Under the pieces are notes generated by a model that saw nothing but the letters and a program-made list of their open reading frames with translations, did not search any database and was not told the origin of the DNA. Position numbers and translations under genes: made by a program. A stretch of 64,000 nt of DNA from an uncultured Clostridia bacterium (GTDB taxonomy: Bacteria > Bacillota > Clostridia > TANB77 > CAG-508), in NCBI GenBank assembly GCA_947623865.1, contig CANQIC010000002.1, positions 21,041-85,040 on the forward strand. The letters run 5' to 3'. Below, one piece after another: positions 33,001 to 42,475 of the stretch. Position 1 is the stretch's first letter, and every line of letters starts with the position of its first letter.

Positions 33001-33216
33001 ATGATAATTTTAAATGTAGAAAAAATATTAAAAGAGCAAGGTAAATCGAAAGAATGGTTATGCAATGAAATGGATATATCTCACTATAATCTTAATAAGG
33101 CAATAAAAGGTAATGCAAAATCCATATCATACAAATACCTACAGTCTTTTTGCAAAGCTCTAAACTGCTCTTTTAATGAATTGATGACTATTGTTGAAGA
33201 TGAAAAGGAAACCTAA
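33001..33216 (+). CDS. XRE-family helix-turn-helix transcriptional regulator
   Basis: 71 aa; LKEQGKSKEWLCNEMDISHYNLNKAIKG HTH. Confidence 0.6.
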   Translation: MIILNVEKILKEQGKSKEWLCNEMDISHYNLNKAIKGNAKSISYKYLQSFCKALNCSFNELMTIVEDEKET

Positions 33217-33240
33217 TTACTAAATATTTTTTTTAATTTT

Positions 33241-33462
33241 TTATCTATCTTCTTGTTCATTTTTATTGTTTTGCTTCCGATTTTCCCCATATTTTTTTAT
33301 ACATTTGTTTTGTGAATTTATCATTTTATTTATTTTAGGACTTGTAGCAAGTTCTAAATTTTTTTGATAAATATCTAATGTTTTTATTCCCGCTTCTTTT
33401 CCGTTCTTTAAAGATTTTTTTATATCCTCAAGTATTGAAATTGCAACTTCTTTTTCTACCAT
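33241..33462 (-). CDS. hypothetical protein
   Basis: 73 aa; contains an in-frame CGG near the C-terminus, so the true end is ambiguous. Confidence 0.3.
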   Translation of the reverse strand: MVEKEVAISILEDIKKSLKNGKEAGIKTLDIYQKNLELATSPKINKMINSQNKCIKKYGENRKQNNKNEQEDR

Positions 33463-33604
33463 CTTAAACCTCGTTTTCGCTTATATTATAGCAAAAATGA
33501 AAATATTTCAATAGTTTTGGTTTATTTTATGATTTATTTATTAAACTATACATATTTTAAATCAATTTATAAAATACTAATAAATGTAAAAAATGGTTTA
33601 AAAG

Positions 33605-33805
33605 GTGGTGGAAATAATGGCTTTTAAAATTCCAAGAGGCATTAATAAAGTTCCATTTTCTATTAGAGTTGATGAGAATGATTTTGAAATCATAGATAAA
33701 TTATCAAAGAAAAATAAAAAATCATATAATTATATTGTTAATTGCATGATAAAGTATGCTATAGAAAACATGGATATGAAAGATATAAAAAACATAGAAA
33801 TATGA
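33605..33805 (+). CDS. small ribbon-helix-helix-like regulator
   Basis: 66 aa; KVPFSIRVDENDFEIIDKL pattern. Confidence 0.35.
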   Translation: MVEIMAFKIPRGINKVPFSIRVDENDFEIIDKLSKKNKKSYNYIVNCMIKYAIENMDMKDIKNIEI

Positions 33806-33924
33806 TTTTGAATAGCTGACAAAACTAGCCTCTTACTCATATTAAACAAAAAATCTATTTAAACACTTAAAGTAGGACGGGCTATAAAAAAGGACTAGCT
33901 TTAAAACTAGCCCATTTTTTATTT

Positions 33925-34180
33925 TTAAAAATCTAAAATGATTTTTTGATTATCAATTATAAAGGTTAATGTATTAATTTCAATATCTGTCACATAGTCT
34001 AAACTTAATATAAATTCTTCATTTTTTGTGTCAGTTATAATTAAACTATGATTACTTATTAAAATCTTCGCATTATGTATTGCAAAATTTGTTATTATAG
34101 CTCCGTTTCATTATCACAGTAACATCTTTATCTAAAAAATTATTAAATAGTTTTTCTTCTAACATTTCTAAATCTTTCAT
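33925..34180 (-). CDS. hypothetical protein (about 84 aa); frame broken by extra C (plus ccg 34103-34105)
   Basis: MKDLEMLEEKLFNNFLDKDVTVIMK then, skipping C of CGG, GAIITNFAIHNAKILISNHSLIITDTKNEEF... Confidence 0.35.
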
Positions 34181-34195
34181 ACTTTTATTTCTCCT

Positions 34196-34758
34196 TTAAA
34201 TTTCAAAATCATTATAAGCCTCGTCAATCTCGTCTTGTTCTATTCCAATATAGCGAAGTGTTATTGAAGGGCTAGAATGGTTAAATAATTTCTGTAACAT
34301 TGCAATATCTTTTGATTTCTTATAAAAGTGATAACCGAAATGTTTTTCTTAATGTATGTGTTCCAATTTCTTCTAATCCCATCTTTGAAGCTACTTCATT
34401 TAATAGTCTATACGCTTGTATACGTGTAATAGGATTATTTATTCCTTTTCTGCTAGTAAATAAATAATCTGTCATTTTCATATTTTTTGTATATTCTAAT
34501 AGCTCTCTTGATACTGTATCATTTATTCTAAATCTTTTTTCTTTATTTGTTTTTTGTTCTTTTATGCAAATATGAGATTTTATACTTCTATCTTCGTTTA
34601 AGACATCTAAAGCTTTTAATTTTATTATATCTGATATGCGAAGTCCTGTATTTATACCTACTATAAATAATAAGTAATCTCTTGTTCCGCTTCTTTCTTA
34701 ATTCAACTTTCATTTCATTTATTTTATTTTTATCTCTTATAGGCTGTACGATTTTCAT
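34196..34758 (-). CDS. small tyrosine recombinase (phage-integrase family, about 186 aa); two extra-C frame breaks
   Basis: Minus-strand translation gives ...GINTGLRISDIIKLK...GTHTLRKTFGYHFYKK...LGH (R..H-x-x-R..Y catalytic residues) once the C's at plus ccg 34687-34689 and 34334-34336 are skipped. Confidence 0.6.
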
Positions 34759-35095
34759 TTTAAAATACCTCCTTATTTTCTATTTTTGTTACATTAAAAG
34801 TAACACTATAATTCAATATGATACATTCAAATTGTTTTATTTGAGAAAAAGTTACTAAAAAGTCTTATTTTTCAATACATCTTGCTTTTTTATTGAATGT
34901 AACAAAATAAGTATTGTGTTACATTCACTCATTATGAAAATATTTTTTTGCATAAAAAATACTTTTCAATGATATTTCTAAATAATTATTGAAAAGTAAA
35001 GCAAATTCATCTATAATAAAAATAGAATGACTTTTCAATAAGTTATTCGGTTTGTGATATAGTGTGCGACGCCAATCAAAGCACTATATCACTTT

Positions 35096-35305
35096 TTATT
35101 TTTCTTGTTTAGTTATAGTTATTTTTCCTTTTTGATATTTTACATTCAATTCGTCATCTTTATTAAATCCTGTTGTTTCAATTCCAGATTTTTTTAATGA
35201 TATTCTATAACCTTTTACAAATGCTGTATTATCCTTTCTATATTCTTTAATTTCTTGTAATCTAGCCATCTTCACTCCTTTCTTAACTTCATCCATATTA
35301 TACAA
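35096..35305 (-). CDS. small AbrB/MazE-like DNA-binding protein
   Basis: 69 aa; swapped-hairpin-like pattern; tentative. Confidence 0.3.
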   Translation of the reverse strand: MYNMDEVKKGVKMARLQEIKEYRKDNTAFVKGYRISLKKSGIETTGFNKDDELNVKYQKGKITITKQEK

Positions 35306-35446
35306 CGTGTGCTACGTTGTGTCAACATTTTATTTGTTTTCTTTTTTCTGAAGCATAAATATATTGAAATAGCTACTTTTTATACATTATGATATTATAA
35401 AAATTTCCTCGAATTCTTATACCAAATTAACTATATCTTTTATATA

Positions 35447-36259
35447 CTATTTATTTTTCATTCTACTTTTTTGTTTTCTTAACTTATCTTTCTCTTGTTC
35501 GGAATGTCTACAACAAAATTTTCTCTTTCCATTAAATGTAGCAAATTGTTCATGACATATTGAACAGACTTTTATCTTTACATTTCTTGCGTCACAGTCC
35601 ATTAATCCCTCTTCCGATAAAAACAAGAAATTAAATTGTAAAAAAGCTATATCAATTAGTTTATGACAATAATATATAAATTCATATTTATCGTTCTTCT
35701 CATTATAATTAAAAGTCAAAGTTACAGAATTCAAGTCATAATCCCAAACTTCTAATGGCACTATATTTCTTTTTATTTCTTGAATTGTCCTATATTTAGT
35801 ACCTAATACCTCGTTCGCTCCTTCAATATCTTCTTCATCTCCTGATATTAAAATCCATGCTCTAAATCTACAATACATACTATATGCTATAAAAGAAAAA
35901 TCATATATTTCAAGTCTATCTGTTTTCCCATTAGGCATACCATATTTTTTACATAATTGCATAATTTTATCACTTAATCTAATTGCTTCCTCATCTGTCC
36001 TTTTAAACATAGGATTATGTTTATTATCTCTACTAAAATTTTTATAAATATATTCTCCTATATGTAATATATCATACAAAACTGATATATCATTGCTTTC
36101 ATAATGCTTACTATTCTTGTTAAAGTTTATTCCCTGTATATAATAAGTTTTTTCTCCATTTGAAGCGCCTATTTTTCTTTCATAATTTTCAAATTGTATT
36201 GTTTCAGTTCCAATTATTTTAGGCATACTTATTTGCTTTGGTTCAAAGTCTAAAATCAT
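35447..36259 (-). CDS. hypothetical protein with C-terminal zinc finger
   Basis: 270 aa; CSICHEQF...CCRH cluster. Confidence 0.35.
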   Translation of the reverse strand: MILDFEPKQISMPKIIGTETIQFENYERKIGASNGEKTYYIQGINFNKNSKHYESNDISVLYDILHIGEYIYKNFSRDNKHNPMFKRTDEEAIRLSDKIMQLCKKYGMPNGKTDRLEIYDFSFIAYSMYCRFRAWILISGDEEDIEGANEVLGTKYRTIQEIKRNIVPLEVWDYDLNSVTLTFNYNEKNDKYEFIYYCHKLIDIAFLQFNFLFLSEEGLMDCDARNVKIKVCSICHEQFATFNGKRKFCCRHSEQEKDKLRKQKSRMKNK

Positions 36260-36553
36260 ATTTATTTCATCTCCTATTTAAAAGTCACAATAAATGTCAC
36301 ATTCACATTTAAAAAAAAATTTTAATGTCACGTTTATTTTATATTTTTTTATTTAGCAAAGCTATAAGATAAGTTCATAAAAAGAAACTAGTTTCCCTTG
36401 TTTTCTACTATTTTAGCATAATCTCAAAACATTTAAAAGTAGAAATTGAACATTGAAAATTAAATATTTTTTGATTAGATAAACTTTTTTAGTGCGTTGC
36501 ACACATACCTATCAAATGGCTTAAATAAAAAAATTTTTAAGGAGGTATAAATT

Positions 36554-37591
36554 ATGGTAGATACAATAACTGTACAGTTTAATTTTAACTATGATGTCAA
36601 CCAAATTGTACAATCAAAAATTAAAGAAGGAATAATTCCTATTAAAAAAAAGCCATATATAAATGGCAAAAGTGTTTTCGGTATTTATGTTGGAAGCAGT
36701 AGAATTTTTCCTAGTATTTATTACAATGCTAGATTTGGCTACGTTCTTATTACAATTAATACTAGGCTTCTTTTAGGACATGAACCAACTCCAAGTAATA
36801 TTACTTATATTGAAAAAGAGGTAATAGCTTTTTTTGAAAAGACCTTCGATATTTCTATGAATTACATTGATGCTCTTACTCTTAATAGAATAGATTACAA
36901 AGTAGATTTTAAAAGCAAATTTGGAGTAGAATCACAAATTTTTTACGAATTAAGAGATATTTTATCAGATACTTTAAATGGAATTGAAAAAAATATAGAA
37001 AAAAATAGCGTAAGCTATTGCCCAAAGAAAGGTTATATTGAATTGATTTCATATAACAAAGAAAATGAACTATATGAAAAAATGAAACATAAAAAAAATG
37101 ATGAAATATTCGCTAATAATGAAAGTATGAAAAATTACCTAGGAGTAATTAGAACGGAAGTACGAGTGAAAAATAAAAAATTAAATTATACAAAAAAATC
37201 ATTAGGTTTAGCAAAAGAGCTTCAAAATTATCTTGACGATTATATTGCTAACTATTTTTTTGAAAGCTATGCCCAAAAAATTTGGTATAAAGAGCCATTC
37301 TACAGAATTGATATTGCAATGAAAAAAATAAATATGGCAGAAAACATAAAACCTATGATGAAAGAAAAACTTAAAAATTTAATCTTTATGATACACAATA
37401 CTGGTATTACTAACACTAAAAAATTTTACAATAAAAAATATACCAGTTCAACATTTATCAGTCATATAAAAAAAATCAGAGATTTAGGTATAAACCCTCT
37501 AACTTTTAGTAAAAAATATGACGTTGAACAAATTGAAAATTTTGCTGTGTATAAATCAAATATTGTTAATGATTTACATACAATTAATTAA
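36554..37591 (+). CDS. hypothetical protein, possibly replication/initiator-like
   Basis: 345 aa, no recognisable motif; sits beside the recombinase module of the element. Confidence 0.3.
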   Translation: MVDTITVQFNFNYDVNQIVQSKIKEGIIPIKKKPYINGKSVFGIYVGSSRIFPSIYYNARFGYVLITINTRLLLGHEPTPSNITYIEKEVIAFFEKTFDISMNYIDALTLNRIDYKVDFKSKFGVESQIFYELRDILSDTLNGIEKNIEKNSVSYCPKKGYIELISYNKENELYEKMKHKKNDEIFANNESMKNYLGVIRTEVRVKNKKLNYTKKSLGLAKELQNYLDDYIANYFFESYAQKIWYKEPFYRIDIAMKKINMAENIKPMMKEKLKNLIFMIHNTGITNTKKFYNKKYTSSTFISHIKKIRDLGINPLTFSKKYDVEQIENFAVYKSNIVNDLHTIN

Positions 37592-37604
37592 AGAGGTGTA
37601 TCTT

Positions 37605-37745
37605 ATGGAAGTTAAGGAAATTTGCATTGATAATACAACGATAAAGTTTTTTGATAATTGTATTTTAGAATCAATGAAAGAAGCTAATTTAAGTAGTTTT
37701 GAAACTATCTTATTAGATTCTATAAAAAAAATAGAGAAATTGTAA
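37605..37745 (+). CDS. small ORF (46 aa) upstream of recombinase 2
   Basis: AAGAGGTG Shine-Dalgarno then ATG; same arrangement as at 27509 and 42292. Confidence 0.3.
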   Translation: MEVKEICIDNTTIKFFDNCILESMKEANLSSFETILLDSIKKIEKL

Positions 37746-37782
37746 TTTTCTTCAAAAGCATATATAATAGCACATAGTCAAA

Positions 37783-39372
37783 ATGAAAATTATGAGGAAA
37801 GGAGGAAATTTGGAAAGTGACGAATACGCTATATATTTAAGAAAGTCAAGAGAAGATAGAGATTTGGAAAAATATTGTGTCGGTGAAACACTTGCAAGGC
37901 ATGAAAAAACATTATTAAATCTGGCTCAAAACATGCATCTGCATATTGGAAAAATTTATCGTGAAGTTGTAAGTGGAGAAACAATTTCCGAACGAGAAGA
38001 AATGAAAAAGCTATTAAAAGACGTTGAAGAATGTAAGTGGTCTGGTGTTCTTGTTATGGAAGTTGAAAGATTAGCTCGTGGAGATCCATCCGACCAAGGA
38101 ATTGTTGCAACGGCTTTTAAGTCTTCCTCTACCAAAATAATTACTCCAAATAGAATATATGACCCTAATAATGAGTTCGATGAAGAATTTTTTGAATTTG
38201 GTTTATTTATGGCTAGACGAGAATATAAAACAATAAATAGAAGACTTCAACGAGGCAGAACAACCTCAATAAATGAAGGAAAATATGTAGGAAGTATTCC
38301 CCCATTTGGCTATGAGCGAAAAAAAATAGATAATGCAAAAGGTTATACATTAGTACCTAATGAAAAAGAAGCAAAAATCGTAAAAAAAATATTTGAATTA
38401 TACTCTTATGAAGATGTTTCATTAAACAGCGTTGCTAATAAAATGAACGAATTGGGATTAAAACCTATGAAGGCAGATAGTTGGTCTATCTCCTCTATTA
38501 AAGATATTTTAAATAATCCTGTTTATATCGGTAAAATAAGATGGAATTCAAGAAAACAAGTAATAAAATCAAAGAATGGTCAGAGAATTATTACAAGACC
38601 CAGAAACAATGACGTTACTATTATAGATGGTTTGCATGAACCTATTATAGATGAAAATCTTTGGAACATTGTAAAAAATAAGAGGAATTGTAATACTCCT
38701 CCTGTGCAACATAATAATGTTGTACAAAATCCACTTATGGGAATTGTCTTTTGTGAAAAATGTGGTAAACCAATGCAACGAAGGCCATATAATTTAAAAG
38801 GAAAACCAGCTACCTTAATGTGTAGTAATCCAAAGTGTGATAATATTAGCTCTAAGTTACATATTGTTGAAGAAAAGATTTTAGAAGCAATCGAAATATG
38901 GTTAAAAAACTATACTATAGATTATTCAAAGTTGAATAACAAAAAAAGAACAAAAACGTTTGATGAACTACAAGAATTAAAAGAATTAGAAAATAAATTA
39001 AAAAAAGAAAAAGAAAAATTAAATAAAGTTTATGAGTTATTAGAAGATGGTATTTATACAAAAGAAGATTTTTCTGAACGTTCAAAAACATTAAAAAATA
39101 GTATTACATTAATTGAAGCAGATATAAAAAAAGCTAAGGATAATGTAAACAAAATGAAAGAAATCGAAAAAAGAAAGGATATAATAATTCCTAAATTTAA
39201 AAATGTAATTGAAGTATATGATAAATTAGAAACAAGTGAGGAAAAGAATACTTTGTTAAAAAGCATTCTAGAAAAGGTTACATATTTAAAAACCGAAAAA
39301 GCTATAAAAAAGAATTCTGACCCTACAAAGTTTACTATTTGCATATATCCTAAAATTGCAAAAATTAATTAA
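37783..39372 (+). CDS. large serine recombinase (SpoIVCA-like)
   Basis: YAIYLRKSREDRD catalytic-serine region; recombinase and zinc-ribbon domains (CEKCGKPM...CSNPKCDN); coiled-coil; ends 60 bp before the right junction. Confidence 0.85.
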   Translation: MKIMRKGGNLESDEYAIYLRKSREDRDLEKYCVGETLARHEKTLLNLAQNMHLHIGKIYREVVSGETISEREEMKKLLKDVEECKWSGVLVMEVERLARGDPSDQGIVATAFKSSSTKIITPNRIYDPNNEFDEEFFEFGLFMARREYKTINRRLQRGRTTSINEGKYVGSIPPFGYERKKIDNAKGYTLVPNEKEAKIVKKIFELYSYEDVSLNSVANKMNELGLKPMKADSWSISSIKDILNNPVYIGKIRWNSRKQVIKSKNGQRIITRPRNNDVTIIDGLHEPIIDENLWNIVKNKRNCNTPPVQHNNVVQNPLMGIVFCEKCGKPMQRRPYNLKGKPATLMCSNPKCDNISSKLHIVEEKILEAIEIWLKNYTIDYSKLNNKKRTKTFDELQELKELENKLKKEKEKLNKVYELLEDGIYTKEDFSERSKTLKNSITLIEADIKKAKDNVNKMKEIEKRKDIIIPKFKNVIEVYDKLETSEEKNTLLKSILEKVTYLKTEKAIKKNSDPTKFTICIYPKIAKIN

Positions 39373-39434
39373 AGTAATATCAATAGTTGGAATTATAATT
39401 TTTATTTTGACTATTGATAACTTTAATGGAACAG

Positions 39435-39651
39435 TCGAACTTGCTCACTTAGAAATGGTTGGAACAATAGTTCACCAATTAACAGATGGAGTAGATGCTC
39501 AAGAATTAGAAAAGGCAGGATTAGGAGCATATTATACAGATCATGGTGTAGGAGTATATCCTCAAGCAGCAGCAGGATGGCCATGGAATGCAGCAACTAT
39601 AGCTGTAAAAGGTGATCCAATTGCAGATTTACAAGAAGACTTAGCTGCAGA
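39435..39651 (+). CDS. cotJC: CotJC-like manganese catalase, segment 2 of 3
   Basis: ELAHLEMVGTIVHQLTDGVDAQELEKAGLGAYYTDHG...AAGWPWNAATIAVKGDPIADLQEDLAA is the Mn-catalase central region; it diverges after cttagctgcaga at 39640-39651. Confidence 0.8.
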
Positions 39652-39847
39652 CACTGCACTCTTGAAAGCACAACATCAATAAAATGCAGTAAAATGAACC
39701 AATATTAAATAATTGCACTTACAATTTTGTAAGTGTTTTTTTGTTGGAAATCAAAATTGTTTAATTTTATTAGTATGTAACAATAGAATGTAAAATTAGT
39801 ATTTCGTGTACTAACTACTTACATTCTTTTTTATATCAAAGGGAGAT

Positions 39848-40111
39848 ATGATTATGGATAATCTTACAGTTGAAAGACTTACCCATTTCCCCAAGAATGA
39901 AAAACTATATCATAAAAGGAAAGGCATTAAAGTACCACCAAAAGAAAAGATGAAATATAAAGAATGCCCAGAATATGAATCAACAGAGCATACAAGAATA
40001 TCAAGTAAAACATATATGATAAAGAATTTGCAAAGTGATAAAATTGTAAATACCATATCAACAGACATTTATAAAAAGACTATATCAAAAAATCAAGACC
40101 AGGATTTATAA
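39848..40111 (+). CDS. hypothetical protein
   Basis: 87 aa ORF with RBS AAGGGAGA. Confidence 0.3.
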   Translation: MIMDNLTVERLTHFPKNEKLYHKRKGIKVPPKEKMKYKECPEYESTEHTRISSKTYMIKNLQSDKIVNTISTDIYKKTISKNQDQDL

Positions 40112-40698
40112 CACAACCTACCACACCAACAGTAGAAACATCAACTACAAAGAAATCAAGAATTATAGAAATAATAGAAAAACAAAAACAACCAAGTGAA
40201 ACAGTGTTTTGGGAATTCTTTTAAATACAATTAAAATATTAATAGATAACTATAATAAAAGGGGTGTTATTAGACCAAATTAGCTTGAACTTACAAATAG
40301 AAATATAAAAAGGGGATATTAAATTAAAGAGTTAGAATTCTTGGAACTATAAGAGATAGATTTAGAAGAAATTATTTCATATTTAAAATTAAATAATAGC
40401 CCAACAATTACAATACTTGATGACCTTAACTATGATTTGTTTAATCAACTTGTTGCGTATGCAGAAACATTAAAGTTGATATTCTTTATAGTAAAAGGAA
40501 CATATAAGATAGCCGTAATTTGTAATAGATAAATTGCATTAAAGATAGCCCAAATATTCAAGATAAAAGCACAGATTATGTTTTATAGTAATCTAAAACC
40601 TAGAAAGTTATATTGATACAAATATTAAAAAAGTATATACTTGAAAAATAGACTTTAAAAGCAATTCCAGTTGCAACCCCAGTTGCACAAGCAAAAAT

Positions 40699-40727
40699 TT
40701 GCATTTTACGTGAATCTGTGTTATAAT
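40699..40727 (+). promoter_or_regulatory. sigma-A-type promoter
   Basis: TTGCAT, 17-bp spacer, TATAAT upstream of 40795. Confidence 0.5.
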
Positions 40728-40794
40728 ATATATAATATTCGTGGGTACAGCGAACTATAACAAATGTACCATCTTGTAAGAAACTTTCAAGATT

Positions 40795-41181
40795 TTGGAG
40801 GTCAAAATGAGAACACGGAAATTTTCCAGAATTGCAGTCGTAATAATTATGGTTGTTGTGGTGGTGGCTCTCGCTATAATAGCCAGCGTATTCACTTCAT
40901 TTAACGACCATACCTATACGGCGACCGTTACAGACAAAGAGCGGATTGTTAAAAATGACGATGGAGATGTTGATTCCTACTACTTGATTTTTTGCAAAGA
41001 TGATGGGGGAAATTACTATGAATTTAAGAACGAGGATAATTTACTCCGTTTAAAATTTAACTCATCTTCTGTCTATAATCAGATTGAAGTAGGAGAAACA
41101 TACCAATTTACCGTTGTTGGTTTCCGCATCGGACTGTTCTCATGGTATGAAAATATCATTAAATTTGAAAAGATTAATTGA
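40795..41181 (+). CDS. membrane-anchored DUF1093/YxeA-like protein, foreign composition
   Basis: 128 aa; N-terminal TM. GC is locally much higher than the surroundings and there are two in-frame CGG Arg codons that are not frame breaks. Terminator follows at about 41205-41240. Confidence 0.45.
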   Translation: MEVKMRTRKFSRIAVVIIMVVVVVALAIIASVFTSFNDHTYTATVTDKERIVKNDDGDVDSYYLIFCKDDGGNYYEFKNEDNLLRLKFNSSSVYNQIEVGETYQFTVVGFRIGLFSWYENIIKFEKIN

Positions 41182-41371
41182 ATGTTTTCTACCAACCAAA
41201 AAGAATGTATTTTCTTTTCCCCTTATGGGGTTTCTTTTTTTGACCTTTGAATGTAATACAATATACATTTTAAAAATTGATTAAGTATACTTGTATCAAT
41301 GCCTTCACAAAATAGCACTTATTCCCCTATCAAGAAAATATAATATACTGTATTAACATATAACATTTAAT

Positions 41372-41656
41372 ATGGAACAAGAACAATATTTATTTCCAAG
41401 ACAAAAGCGTACAAATAGACCTATAACAACAGTACAAGCATATCGAATATTAAATAAAGCCGGAGCAAATATAGGACTTGCAGAAATTGCTACACATACA
41501 ATGCGAAAAACTTTTGGTTACCACCACTACCAACAGAATAAAGATGTAGCCATTTTACAAGAAATATTTAATCATTCAGCCCCAAGCATAACTTTAAAAT
41601 ATATAGGAATAAACCAAGATAACATAGACCAAGCATATAAAAATTTTAGACTATAA
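41372..41656 (+). pseudogene. truncated tyrosine recombinase (C-terminal catalytic fragment)
   Basis: ...ATHTMRKTFGYHHYQQ...LKYIGI... is homologous to the C-terminal half of the 34196-34758 integrase; the N-terminal domain is missing. Confidence 0.55.
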
Positions 41657-42291
41657 ATCAAAAGAGTACTAGATAGAATACATCTAGTACTTTTACTTTT
41701 TAAGCAATACCCAAAACGACCATTTTTGGTACTATTTTCTATTCATATAAGCATTTACAGATTTCTTAAATAAGTAGTAAATTTCCCTTTGAACAGAGCA
41801 ACTACATTCAAAAATAATATTGTCTTTTGTTTTTTTATCTGTTACATCTTTAAGTTGAGCAATAGCATTTTCAATTTGTATAGCAAATACATCTAACAGA
41901 TTAGATTTAGAAATAATATTATTTAATACATCATTTTTATGTTATTATCAATTTCACTTAGTATTTGTCTTGAATTAGAATCTAAATGAAATTTGTTAAA
42001 GTTAGGGTCATCAGTTGGTTCAGTAAAAAGGCATCCCAGAAAATTTTATAAAAATCATTAAATACAGAATAATGATACTTTTACCCAGCCACAGACATCG
42101 CAATGGGGGGTAATCTTGTAAAAGAGCAAGAAGATGGAATTCCTATGTACTGTAGAAGCAGTAGTTTAATGATTAGTTACACCTAGAGAATACAACGTGG
42201 CATTCATTAGATATAACACAATATTACTAGAATATGAGTGCATAAGTGTTTTATTTCGTGAATAGATTTAATTAAGAGAGGTGTATTAAAT

Positions 42292-42402
42292 ATGGACTCA
42301 ATAGTATGTGAGAATGTATTTGTTTCAGCAAATGAAACAGAAAAAAGCCAAGCATTCAATGAAGTTTGGCAAATGGTAGTAAATATGATAATAAATAAAT
42401 AA
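42292..42402 (+). CDS. small ORF (36 aa) upstream of recombinase 3
   Basis: AAGAGAGGTG Shine-Dalgarno then ATG. Confidence 0.25.
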   Translation: MDSIVCENVFVSANETEKSQAFNEVWQMVVNMIINK

Positions 42403-42475
42403 ATTTAGTGAAACCAGTTTACAAGAGCCAAGATTATGTGTTATAAAATGTAGCAGATAATATTGGTTCTTTTTA

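Larger units (their letters stand above)
29540..39434 (+). mobile_element. intervening element 2 (about 9.9 kb) inserted in cotJC; large serine recombinase at right end
   Basis: bounded by GGAACAG cores at 29533-29539 and 39428-39434. Joining the flanks gives DIGTVELAHLEM, a continuous Mn-catalase sequence. Left junction sits in the palindrome ggaacaGAAGATTAtgttcc. Confidence 0.7.

Noticed and set aside
32686-33216. 176-aa ORF as listed
   Set aside because: Only the C-terminal 71 aa (from ATG 33001) form a coherent XRE HTH protein. The upstream part overlaps the minus-strand gene 32666-32920 and is low-complexity.
35052-35100. 11-bp perfect inverted repeat gtgatatagtg/cactatatcac plus T-run as a functional terminator
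   Set aside because: It is oriented for the + strand, but no + strand gene ends upstream. It may be a relic or an operator. Evidence is insufficient.
39356-39434. N-terminal extension MQKLIKVISIVGIIIFILTIDNFNG of ORF 39356-39682 as part of CotJC
   Set aside because: This is element-2 sequence read through into cotJC segment 2. It has no catalase similarity.
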